The position numbers and the translations under genes are program-made. Shown piece after piece: positions 41,890-50,140 of a DNA stretch of 64,000 bases (its first letter is position 1; every line of letters starts with the position of its first letter). Below the pieces are notes generated by a model that was not told the DNA's origin, made no database searches, and saw nothing but the letters and a program-made list of their open reading frames with translations. The stretch comes from an uncultured candidatus Brocadiaceae bacterium (GTDB lineage: Bacteria; Planctomycetota; UBA1135; UBA2386): NCBI GenBank assembly GCA_964483245.1, contig CAZABP010000011.1, positions 22,126 to 86,125 of the forward strand. The letters are read 5' to 3'.

Positions 41890-41961
41890 AGGACAGTTGG
41901 TGTCAGACTCCATCTCTCCCGAATCAGGACGGTTGGTGTCAGACTCCATCTCTCCCGAATC
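41890..41961 (+). repeat. Tandem direct repeat, 2 x 36 bp (aggacRgttggtgtcagactccatctctcccgaatc)
   Basis: Units 41890-41925 and 41926-41961 differ at one position. They are followed at 41971-41985 by the partial inverted copy gagtctgacgccgag. Confidence 0.85.
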
Positions 41962-41992
41962 GTGAGGCTAGAGTCTGACGCCGAGCGCCACG

Positions 41993-42319
41993 ATGACGCG
42001 ACACGAGTGCCGGATTGCGTCGCTGCGGAGCATGTTGGTGCTCCTGTCGTGGGCGGCGGCGTCAGGAGCGTGCGCGACGGTGGTCGGCACGGCGGCCTCC
42101 CCGGTCTCGTCGGTCGTCGAGTTCGTCGACGAATGGCACCCGACCGAGTGGTGGCAGTACGCCGTCGCTCCGTTCGGATTTGTGATGTACGTCGGGCTGA
42201 GTCCGGTGCTGGCCGCAGTCAAGGGTGTGGAGGCGGACATCGGGTTCGTGCGCAACGGCAACTACGAAGATCCGCCGTTCGGCCAGGTGTTCACCCCGTG
42301 GGCCGGGGTAGGTCACTGA
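41993..42319 (+). CDS. Small lipoprotein (108 aa), unknown function
   Basis: Lipobox: MLVLLSWAAASGAC. Trp/Tyr/Phe-containing mature part. Bracketed by the repeat family. Confidence 0.6.
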   Translation: MTRHECRIASLRSMLVLLSWAAASGACATVVGTAASPVSSVVEFVDEWHPTEWWQYAVAPFGFVMYVGLSPVLAAVKGVEADIGFVRNGNYEDPPFGQVFTPWAGVGH

Positions 42320-43610
42320 ATTCGGGCGGGTTGGAGTCTGACACCAAGCGTCCCGATTCAGCAGCGCGCTGCTGCAGCAGGTCACGCTCGCGCGCGTTCT
42401 GCGCCAGCGCGGCGGCGCGCAGGAAGTCCGCGCGCGCTGCCGCGAAGCGACCGAGCTTGTGCAGCAGGTCGGCGCGCGCCCCGTAGTACAGGTGATAGCA
42501 GCGCAGCTGCGGTTCCTCCGCGAGCGCATCGAGCAGCGCCAGTCCGGCAGCGGGCCCTTCCGCCATGCCGACTGCGATCGCGCGGTTCAGTTCGATGACC
42601 GGCGACGGCGCGCACACGGCGAGCTCGGCGTACAGCGCGGCGATCCGCGGCCAGTCGGTGCCGGCAGGCGTGCGCGCGCGTGCATGGCAGGCGGCGATCG
42701 CGGCCTGCAGCGTGTATGGCCCGCGAGGCGCGCGCCGTTCCGCCGATGCGAGCGCCGCGAGGCCGCGGCGGATCAGCAGGTGATCCCAGCGGCCGCGATC
42801 CTGGTCGAGCAGCAGGATCGGCCGTCCGTCCGCGTCCGTGCGCGCCCCGAGGCGCGATGCCTGCAACTCCATCAGGGCCACGAGACCGTGCACCTCCGGC
42901 TCGTGCGGCATCGCGGCGGCGAGGATGCGACCCAGGCGCATCCCTTCCTGGCACAGCGCCGGACGCATCCAGTCCTCGCCCGCTGTCGCTGCATACCCTT
43001 CGTTGAACACGAGGTAGATCACCGCCAGCACCGAACCGAGCCGCTCGCCGAGTTCGCCGCCGGACGGCACCTCGAATGGGACCTGTTGCCCGGTCAACGT
43101 CCGCTTGCTGCGCACGATCCGCTGCGCGATCGTCGGTTCCGGCGCCAGGAATGCGCGCGCGATCTCGCCCGTCGTCAGCCCGCCGACCAGGCGCAGTGTC
43201 AATGCCACGCGCGCGTCGGGGGGCAGCGCCGGGTGGCAGGTCAGGAACAGCAGCCGCAGCACGTCGTCGTCGAAACCGCGGTCGAGCCGCTCGTCGAGTT
43301 GTTCCGTCGCGGCAGGCACCGCACGCGGGTCGCCCCCGTCACGCAACAGGTCCGCCTCGAGATCACGCAGCTTGCGGTCGCGCCGCGCGCGGTCGATCCC
43401 GCGGCGTCGCGCCGTCGCGAGCAGCCATGCGCCAGGGCGTTGCGGGATCCCCTCGGCCGGCCACTGCTGCAGCGCCGCGACGAACGCGTCCTGGACCAGC
43501 TCTTCGGCCAGACCGACGTCACGCGTCTGCCGCGTCAGCGTGGCGATCAGCCGCGCCGACTCGATCCGCCAGACCGCCTCGATGGCACGCTGCGTCGCGG
43601 GGTCCGGCAC
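42291..43610 (-). CDS. ECF sigma factor with long C-terminal TPR-like extension (ECF42-like)
   Basis: Region 2 (AEELVQDAFVAALQQW...PGAWLLATARRRGIDRARR) and region 4 (GLTTGEIARAFLAPEPTIAQRIVRSKRTL), then a ~230-aa helical extension. Sits downstream of a YCII/DGPF gene. Confidence 0.85.
   Translation of the reverse strand: MPDPATQRAIEAVWRIESARLIATLTRQTRDVGLAEELVQDAFVAALQQWPAEGIPQRPGAWLLATARRRGIDRARRDRKLRDLEADLLRDGGDPRAVPAATEQLDERLDRGFDDDVLRLLFLTCHPALPPDARVALTLRLVGGLTTGEIARAFLAPEPTIAQRIVRSKRTLTGQQVPFEVPSGGELGERLGSVLAVIYLVFNEGYAATAGEDWMRPALCQEGMRLGRILAAAMPHEPEVHGLVALMELQASRLGARTDADGRPILLLDQDRGRWDHLLIRRGLAALASAERRAPRGPYTLQAAIAACHARARTPAGTDWPRIAALYAELAVCAPSPVIELNRAIAVGMAEGPAAGLALLDALAEEPQLRCYHLYYGARADLLHKLGRFAAARADFLRAAALAQNARERDLLQQRAAESGRLVSDSNPPEFSDLPRPTG
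42318..42359. repeat. Palindromic copy of the ttggtgtcagactcc repeat family (gaattcgggcgggttgg-agtctgaca-ccaagcgtcccgattc)
   Basis: The reverse complement of 42333-42359 (gaatcgggacgcttggtgtcagactcc) matches 41921-41947 (gaatcaggacggttggtgtcagactcc) at 24 of 27 positions. Confidence 0.75.
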
Positions 43611-43655
43611 GCCGGCAGTCTAGACCGGTGTGCCGGACCTGCGACCGGGTGCGGC

Positions 43656-44018
43656 TCAGGCGAAGTCGCTCTCTTCGTACAGCGGGCGGAGCTCGATGTT
43701 CGAATCGATCCCCGGGTGTGGGTGCGGGCAGCGCTTCACCCACTCGATCGCTTCCTCCAGCGACTTGACCTGCCACAGCCAGTAGCCGGCGATCAGCTCT
43801 TTCGACTCGGTGAACGGGCCGTCGACGACGCTGCGCTGGTTCCCCTTCAGGACCACACGCGCCCCCTGCGACGACGGTTTCAGCCCGGCACCGTCCAGCA
43901 TGACGCCGGCCCTGACCAACTCCTCGTTGAACGCCCCCATGTCCTGCAGCAGCTGCTGCGTCGGCATCCGGCCGGCTTCGCTGTCCTTGGTGGCTTTGAC
44001 GATGACCATGACTCGCAT
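43656..44018 (-). CDS. YCII-related (DGPF) domain protein (120 aa)
   Basis: MRVMVIVKATKDSEAG...VVDGPFTESKELIAGYWLWQVKSLEEAIEWVKRCP is the DGPF signature. GGAG lies 6 nt upstream of ATG 44018. The ORF-track extension is rejected. Confidence 0.85.
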   Translation of the reverse strand: MRVMVIVKATKDSEAGRMPTQQLLQDMGAFNEELVRAGVMLDGAGLKPSSQGARVVLKGNQRSVVDGPFTESKELIAGYWLWQVKSLEEAIEWVKRCPHPHPGIDSNIELRPLYEESDFA

Positions 44019-44127
44019 CGGGATCTCCAGTTCGTAGATTGTGGATTCGGTTTCCGCCCGCACGTCGAATGGCAGCCGGCCGGATCGACATCCGGTCGCT
44101 TTTTTTCGCCGCGACCGGTCGGGCTGG

Positions 44128-44748
44128 ATGCCGGAACGGGACGCCGCCCCACTGGATCTGATGCCCCGCCTGACGAGCGATCTCCGGACCCCCCGGCTGC
44201 GGCTGCGGCGGTGGCGTGCGGAGGATCGCGAGCCGTTCGCGGCGCTGAATCGCGATCCGGTCGTCATGCAGCACTTCCCCACCGTGCTGTCGCGGGCCGA
44301 CAGCGACGCGCTGGCAGCCCGCATCGAGGCACACTTCGCCGAGCACGGCTTCGGGTTGTGGGCGGTCGAGATCCCGGGTGAGGCCCCGTTCGCGGGATTC
44401 GTCGGGCTCTCGCGGCCGTGCTTCGACGCCGCGTTCACGCCTTGCGTCGAGATCGGCTGGCGCCTCGCTGCCGAGCACTGGGGCCGCGGTTACGCAACCG
44501 AAGGCGCCCTCGCGACACTCGCGTTCGGCTTCGCGCAGCTCGGGCTGCGCGAGATCGTCTCGTTCACGACGCGCGACAATCTGCGCTCCCGCCGCCTGAT
44601 GGAGCGTCTCGGTATGCGAGCCGATCCTGCTGATGAGTTCGATCACCCGCTGCTGCCGGAGCTGCATCCGTTGCGCCCCCACGTGCTGTATCGCCTGCGC
44701 CAGTCGCGCTGGCAGACCGATCGCCTCAGGTCTCCGAACGGAGCCTGA
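44128..44748 (+). CDS. GNAT family N-acetyltransferase (RimJ/RimL-like)
   Basis: LRTPRLRLRRWRAEDREPFAALN...GLWAVE...FVGL...IGWRLAAEHWGRGYATEGA. Start at ATG 44128 or ATG 44161. Confidence 0.8.
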   Translation: MPERDAAPLDLMPRLTSDLRTPRLRLRRWRAEDREPFAALNRDPVVMQHFPTVLSRADSDALAARIEAHFAEHGFGLWAVEIPGEAPFAGFVGLSRPCFDAAFTPCVEIGWRLAAEHWGRGYATEGALATLAFGFAQLGLREIVSFTTRDNLRSRRLMERLGMRADPADEFDHPLLPELHPLRPHVLYRLRQSRWQTDRLRSPNGA

Positions 44749-44787
44749 GGTCGATCGGGGGCGCGCGGCGGCGCGCCATGATCGGGA

Positions 44788-47127
44788 TCAGGACCCGATC
44801 TTGCACTCGCCGGCGTTCGACAAGATCAAGCCCGGCGGGTTGGCGTTGCGGTCGACGACCACGCCCTGCACGTAGAACATCAGCCCGAGCAACTCGGCCT
44901 CCTGCGGCACCGGCAGCACGAAGCGCGCCGCGCCACCGATGTTCAGCAGCGGGAACGCCCAGTCCGCACTCTGGTAGAGATTGCAGCCGGGCATGCCGAG
45001 CGGCGTGAGGTCCAGCGGCAGCGGGATCGGCCCGAGATGGGTCCGCGAGAAGCCCAGGTGCATCAACGTCGGCGTCGGCACCAGCGGCAGCACCGTCAGA
45101 TCGAGCCGGAGGTCGTCACCGAGGACCGGGAGACTCCCGGGAGGCGCCGCCAGGTCCGGGATCCCACGGCTGCCGAGGCAACCGGAGCCGAAGCGCGACC
45201 AGCTCGCGAACGACTTGCTCGCGAACTCCCACGTGTCTTGCAGCACCGTCGAGCTCGGCGTGAAGCCGCCGAACATCACGACGCAGCGACGCGCCGAGTC
45301 GTAGACCGTGAAGTGCTCGTTCCGCCCCGGTGGCGTTCCGTCAGGCGTGCGCCGGCTCCAGTTCACACCGTCCCATTCCCAGGTCTGGAACTCGTTCGAG
45401 CCATTCAGGCTGCCGGCCAGCACCGTGCGCGCACGCGCCGAATCGAACGCCATCGATGCCTGGTAGATCGCAGGTGGCGCCGTAACCGGCATCGCCCTCG
45501 TCCAGGTCGTGCCGTCCCACTCCCAGGTGACGCGTTGCGCGCCCTCGACATAGGTCAACACGGTCTTGCTCCGAACCGAGTCGTACGCGATCCCGTAGTG
45601 CGACACGGCCGCAGGGCCGCCCGACGCACGCTGCTGCCAGTTCGTGCCGTCGTATTCCCAGGTGTCGTTCAGGTACTGGCCACCGAGCCGGTCACCGCCG
45701 AACAGGACCAGCCGGTTGCGCAGTGAGTCGTACGCCATCGCCGCGAGCCGCCGCGCCGGTGGCTTGGTCGCTGGGTTGAGCAACTGCCAGGCAGAGCCGT
45801 TCCAGCTCCAGGTCTCTTGCGTGATGTTCCCGGAGTCACCACCGAACAACATCGTGCGGTTCCAGCCGCTGGCGTACGCCATCGCGTGGCCGATCCGGGC
45901 CGCCGGCCCAGTGGTCGCGCGCAGCCGCCATCGGATGCCGTCCCATTCCCAGGTGTCCGCGATCCAACCCGTGGCGAGCGCTCCACCAAACAGCACGGTC
46001 TGGTTGCGTGCCGAGTCGAAGGCCATCGCGTGGTGACGCCGCGCCTGCGGGAGCGCGGTCGAGGAGGGAGTCCAGACCGTGCCGTTCCACTCCCAGGTGT
46101 CGGTGTTGCGCAGTCCGCTGGCGGCACGACCGCCGAACAGCAGGATGCGGGAGCTGGCAGCGTGGTAGCACAGCGCATGACCCGAGCCGGCCACCGGAAT
46201 CGGTGCCGCGGGGCTGACCTGCAGCCAGTTGGTCCCGTTCCATTCCCAGGTGTCGGTCAATGCGGCCGAAGCACCCTGGCCGCCGAACATGACGACGCGG
46301 CCGCGGGCGGTGTCGAATCCCAGCACTGAACGCGAGCGCACCGCGGGATTCGTCGTCGGCGCACGCTGCGTCCATGCGGTGCCGTTCCACGTCCAGGTCT
46401 GATTGAGTGGCGCCTGCGCAGCGTTCAGCCCGCCGAACAACACGCACACGTTCCGCGCCGCGTCGAACGTCAAGCCCGAGAACGACTGCGGCACCGGAGA
46501 GGTTGCCGGAGTCACGTTCGCCCACGTGGTCCCGTTCCATTCCCACAGGTCCGCCAGCGAGCCGAGCACGCCGACACCGCCGAACAGGACGACCCGGCCG
46601 CGCACGCTGTCGTATGCCATCGCCGCTCCGCGCCGCGCGGTCGGTGACGTGGCCGGCGCGAGCTGGGTCCACGTGCTGCCATTCCACAGCCAGGTGTCGT
46701 TCAGCGGTTGCACGCCGTCCTGTCCGCCGAACAGGAGGACCTGGCCTCCCGGCAGCCCGACCATCGCATGTTCCCACCGGGTCGACGGGGATGTCGCTGG
46801 CGCGAGCAGGGACCAGGCTGCGCCGTCCCAGCGCCAGGTGTCGCGGAGCCCCTTCGTCAGGTCGGTGCCGCCGAACAGGATGCTCTCCGCGCGTTGCGCG
46901 TCGTACCCGATCGCCGCATCGACGCGCGCCGGCGGTGCGATGACCTCGCGGTTGGACCACGAGAGCTGGGCCGGCGTGGTACCGGCCGTGCACGCGAACG
47001 CGAGCAGGAGCATCGCGCCCGTGGGCAACGGCGTGAATGGAATGCGCATCCTCGACTCCGCGCGTGCAGCAACGGAGTCGACTGCAGCGGCGCACCTGCG
47101 CGAGTGCGTCGAAATCGATGCAGTCAT
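44788..47127 (-). CDS. Secreted 12-blade Kelch-repeat protein with Cys-containing C-terminal domain
   Basis: Twelve repeats of about 50 aa, each ending in (D/Q)TW(E/x)W(N/D)G..W. Hydrophobic signal-like segment GAMLLLAFACTAGTTPAQ. GGAGG lies 4 nt upstream of ATG 47127; the alternative start is ATG 47049. Confidence 0.85.
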   Translation of the reverse strand: MTASISTHSRRCAAAVDSVAARAESRMRIPFTPLPTGAMLLLAFACTAGTTPAQLSWSNREVIAPPARVDAAIGYDAQRAESILFGGTDLTKGLRDTWRWDGAAWSLLAPATSPSTRWEHAMVGLPGGQVLLFGGQDGVQPLNDTWLWNGSTWTQLAPATSPTARRGAAMAYDSVRGRVVLFGGVGVLGSLADLWEWNGTTWANVTPATSPVPQSFSGLTFDAARNVCVLFGGLNAAQAPLNQTWTWNGTAWTQRAPTTNPAVRSRSVLGFDTARGRVVMFGGQGASAALTDTWEWNGTNWLQVSPAAPIPVAGSGHALCYHAASSRILLFGGRAASGLRNTDTWEWNGTVWTPSSTALPQARRHHAMAFDSARNQTVLFGGALATGWIADTWEWDGIRWRLRATTGPAARIGHAMAYASGWNRTMLFGGDSGNITQETWSWNGSAWQLLNPATKPPARRLAAMAYDSLRNRLVLFGGDRLGGQYLNDTWEYDGTNWQQRASGGPAAVSHYGIAYDSVRSKTVLTYVEGAQRVTWEWDGTTWTRAMPVTAPPAIYQASMAFDSARARTVLAGSLNGSNEFQTWEWDGVNWSRRTPDGTPPGRNEHFTVYDSARRCVVMFGGFTPSSTVLQDTWEFASKSFASWSRFGSGCLGSRGIPDLAAPPGSLPVLGDDLRLDLTVLPLVPTPTLMHLGFSRTHLGPIPLPLDLTPLGMPGCNLYQSADWAFPLLNIGGAARFVLPVPQEAELLGLMFYVQGVVVDRNANPPGLILSNAGECKIGS

Positions 47128-47418
47128 GACACCTCCTCTTGGTGTGACAGCGATCCACGACGGACAGACCGCCGGTTCGCTGGGCGCTCAAGCCGGGACG
47201 AGCGAGCGTTGTTTCGCGATGCGGTGAAATCCCTTCGACATCATGGGCGGTTCCGGATGCCGACTCCGCAGCGAACGAGAGAGGGAAGCCGCCTCTGCAC
47301 CGAGTTCAGCGCTCCGGACCGAGGCTGTTCCCGCGTCACTTGTCGGGCCAGCGGAACTCGCCGGTGACGCAAGCCTGCGCTTCGCGCGGCCGGACGCGAA
47401 GAGTCGGTCAGCAGCATG

Positions 47419-47506
47419 CCTGCACGTGCAGGAATCGCGACGCGGACATCCGCTCTGCTCGCCGAGCAGGTTCGGCCTGCGAGGCCGATCGGATCTAGCA
47501 TTGAAC
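47419..47506 (-). other. tRNA-distal conserved module (relic island arm or conserved tRNA trailer), homologous to 5048-5145
   Basis: Shared blocks ggttcggc(c)tgcRaggccgatcggatcWagc, plus a CACGTG-centred palindrome at a similar distance from the tRNA CCA end. Confidence 0.5.
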
Positions 47507-47581
47507 TGGAGCCTGAGGTCGGATTCGAACCGACGACCTACGCTTTACGAAAGCGTTGCTCTACCCCTGAGCTACACAGGC
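47507..47581 (-). tRNA. tRNA-Thr (anticodon CGU), 75 nt with encoded CCA
   Basis: Manual cloverleaf: GCCTGTG TA GCTC AGGGGTA GAGC A ACGCT TTCGTAA AGCGT AGGTC GTCGG TTCGAAT CCGAC CTCAGGC T CCA. One U-U mismatch in the acceptor stem. Confidence 0.88.
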
Positions 47582-47603
47582 TCGCCACAAGGGGGCCGGA
47601 ACG

Positions 47604-49832
47604 CTAGCGAGCGGCGTCGGCCCGTGCAAGGCCGCCGCCGCTCGCGTCTCGTGCTTCGGCGCGCGCACCGCCGCGGCGCGGCGGTGCGCAACACGCGCAG
47701 CCCGCGCGCGGAGCGCAGAGCGCGATCTTTCGCAGCACATCGATCACCTGCCGCCGCTCGCCCGGGGCGAGCTTGCCCTTGCCGAGCGCGGTCACGACGG
47801 CCTGCTTCAGCTTGATGTCGGCCGGCGACTCGAGCACGCCGAGCAGCGCGGTGAACGTCTCGCCCGGCACGCTGTCGAGACGGCTCAGGATGGAGCCGAC
47901 GGAATCGGCACTCGCGACCTTCAGGTCCAGGCTCGCGCTCTCGTTGCCGATCGCGCCGAGCAGCGCACCGAGCTCGTTGACCGAGCCGCCACTGCCGATC
48001 GCGCGCGCGGCCGGGACCGCGACGGAGTCGTTGCGATTCAGCTGTCCGGCCAGGTTCTCGAGAGCGGGGCTGACGTCGACGCGCTGCGCGGCGAGGCCGT
48101 CGAGCGCCTTGCTGGCGGCAACGGCGACCTGGTCGGCGCGCGCGCGGCGGCTGTCCATCGTCGTGCCTTCGAGCGCCGTGTTGACGGCGGCGAGCAGCGC
48201 CTCGCCCGACAGCGGGCCGGCGATCGTGCCGTGGATCGTGTCACCGAACCGCTCGGCCGCCTTCTCGACGTCGGCGGCGACGACCAGGATCTTGACGTTG
48301 CTCAGGCGCGGGTCCTTGCGGACGTGGCCGATCAGCGTCTCCGGCAACGCGTCCGGGACGTTCTCGTTGATGACGACGACGTCGACATTCGGGAACGACA
48401 TCAGGTCCTCGGCCGCCTTGGCGACCGTGGCGCTCGCATCGACGAAATTGCCGCGCTGCTGCGCGGCGGCTTCGCGCGCGACCTTGACGGTCTCGGGGCT
48501 CGCGTCGATGACCTTGATCACGCGCAGCGCCTCTTCGGTCACGGCACCACCGAGGTTGCGCACGACCTTGTCGACGGCGGGCGGCGTGGAGCTGCCAGCG
48601 GCCTCGGTCAGCGCCAGCGCGGCGGCGTAGCGGATCCGGCGGTCGTCGGAGTCGAGCGCGTCGACCAGCGGCGAACCGGACAACGCATCGCGTCCTTCGG
48701 CCTGACCAAGGGCGCGGATCGCGGCGACGGCGACCGGGATCTGCCCGTCGGCGATCGAGTCGGCCATCACCTTGCGCAGCGACGCGGTCCCCGATGCCAT
48801 CGCGACCATCCGCAGCTGGTCGACCTTGCCGGCCAGCGCCGCGAGCTTCTCGTCGTCGGGCGCCACGGCCAGCGAGTCGGCGATCGCGGTCGCCTCGGCG
48901 AGGTGCGCACGCGCGACCAGCGCGCGGGCCTCGGCATTCGCCGGGTCGAGCGAGAGCGCGCTGAGCGCGCTGTCCTTCGCCAGCTCGAACGGCTGCAGCA
49001 GTGCAGGCGTGTCGGTCGCGACGAGCTGCCCGTCGACCAGGTTCCAGCTCACGTCGGAGCGGGTCGAATCGTCGACGCCGTGCGTCAGGTAGCGGCGCGC
49101 CTCCTGCAGATACAGGTCGATCGCGTTCGCCCCGGCCGGCACACCCATCGTCTTCAACGCACTCGCGGCGGAAGCACGGACCAGCTCGTCACTGTCCCCT
49201 TGCGCGACGCGCGCCAGCGCGCCGGCTGCGCGCATGTCGCCGATGTGCGCCAGCGCCGCGGCGACGTTGCGCCGCACCAGCGCCGACTCGTGCTCGAGGG
49301 CCTGGATCAGCGGCAACACGGCCTCGCGACCGAGGTTGTCCGCGAGCAGGATCGCACGGTTCTGCTGGTCGTTGCTGTCCAGGTTGCCCAGCGGCGCCAG
49401 CAGCGGCGGCACGGCGAATTCGCCATGCTCGGAGACCAGCGTCAGCGTCGCCTTGCGCCGTTCGTCGTAGTCGGCACTGGTGGTCGCGGTCTCGACCAGC
49501 GCGGCGATCTTTTCCTGATCGCGGCTGCGCTCGCGCCGGGCGACGGTCGCCTGGGCGATCAGGTGGCGCGCGATCTTCTCGAGCTCCCCGCCCTCCAGGA
49601 CCAGGTTCTGCCAGATCGCCGCTTCGGTCTCGCGCCAGATCCGGAACGCGTCCTCATGGGTCGGGTTCTGCCGGAGGACCTCGGCGAACTTGGCACGCGC
49701 GTCCTCGAGCTTGCCGAGCCGGTACAACTGGACGCCTTCGGCGAAATCCTTCTCGACCTGGGCCGTCGAGGTCCCGGCGGCGATGAGCGCGGCGACGAGA
49801 CCAAGTACGAACCGAGCGAACGGGCTGACCAT
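47604..49832 (-). CDS. Secreted/periplasmic HEAT-repeat protein with receiver-like (pseudo-receiver) segment
   Basis: Signal peptide MVSPFARFVLGLVAALIAAGTSTAQ with GGAGA 7 nt upstream. HEAT-like repeats (AVPPLLAPLGN..., VLPLIQALEHESALVRRNVAAALAHIGD). Internal block RVIKVIDAS...VDVVVINENVPD...VKILVVAAD. Confidence 0.8.
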   Translation of the reverse strand: MVSPFARFVLGLVAALIAAGTSTAQVEKDFAEGVQLYRLGKLEDARAKFAEVLRQNPTHEDAFRIWRETEAAIWQNLVLEGGELEKIARHLIAQATVARRERSRDQEKIAALVETATTSADYDERRKATLTLVSEHGEFAVPPLLAPLGNLDSNDQQNRAILLADNLGREAVLPLIQALEHESALVRRNVAAALAHIGDMRAAGALARVAQGDSDELVRASAASALKTMGVPAGANAIDLYLQEARRYLTHGVDDSTRSDVSWNLVDGQLVATDTPALLQPFELAKDSALSALSLDPANAEARALVARAHLAEATAIADSLAVAPDDEKLAALAGKVDQLRMVAMASGTASLRKVMADSIADGQIPVAVAAIRALGQAEGRDALSGSPLVDALDSDDRRIRYAAALALTEAAGSSTPPAVDKVVRNLGGAVTEEALRVIKVIDASPETVKVAREAAAQQRGNFVDASATVAKAAEDLMSFPNVDVVVINENVPDALPETLIGHVRKDPRLSNVKILVVAADVEKAAERFGDTIHGTIAGPLSGEALLAAVNTALEGTTMDSRRARADQVAVAASKALDGLAAQRVDVSPALENLAGQLNRNDSVAVPAARAIGSGGSVNELGALLGAIGNESASLDLKVASADSVGSILSRLDSVPGETFTALLGVLESPADIKLKQAVVTALGKGKLAPGERRQVIDVLRKIALCAPRAGCACCAPPRRGGARAEARDASGGGLARADAAR

Positions 49833-50140
49833 GAACGGGTCTCCTGTGGAGGGTGAAGCCTTGCGGGCTGGGCGGGTTTTTCAGGGACGAAGCGAGCGGG
49901 CCGGGGGGACGTCCGGGCACTCGTGCCGGCAGGGGCTGCGGCTCGAAGCCGGGGAATCCTATGGCCTTGCGATCGACCGTCAAGAACGCCGACGGGCGGT
50001 CTGGAGCGGCTGGAACGCGCGGAAGCCTACCCCACGGACGCGGCGTGCGAGGGCACCTGCGCATGCACGCGGAGGCCGCGCAACGACCGCGCCGATGTCA
50101 TCGGCGGGAACCGGAACAGCTGCCGTAGACTCGCGCGCCG

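Noticed and set aside
47241-47501. 86-aa ORF downstream of tRNA-Thr (and the overlapping plus-strand ORF 47243..47815)
   Set aside because: Arg-rich, with no motif and no ribosome-binding site. It overlaps the conserved non-coding module. A short RRLPS match to the integrase N-terminus is too weak to call a pseudogene.
50011-50026. sigma54-like promoter tggaacgcgcggaagc upstream of the truncated NtrC gene
   Set aside because: GG and GC are spaced one nucleotide too far apart and the -12 element (TTGC) is not matched. Not supportable.
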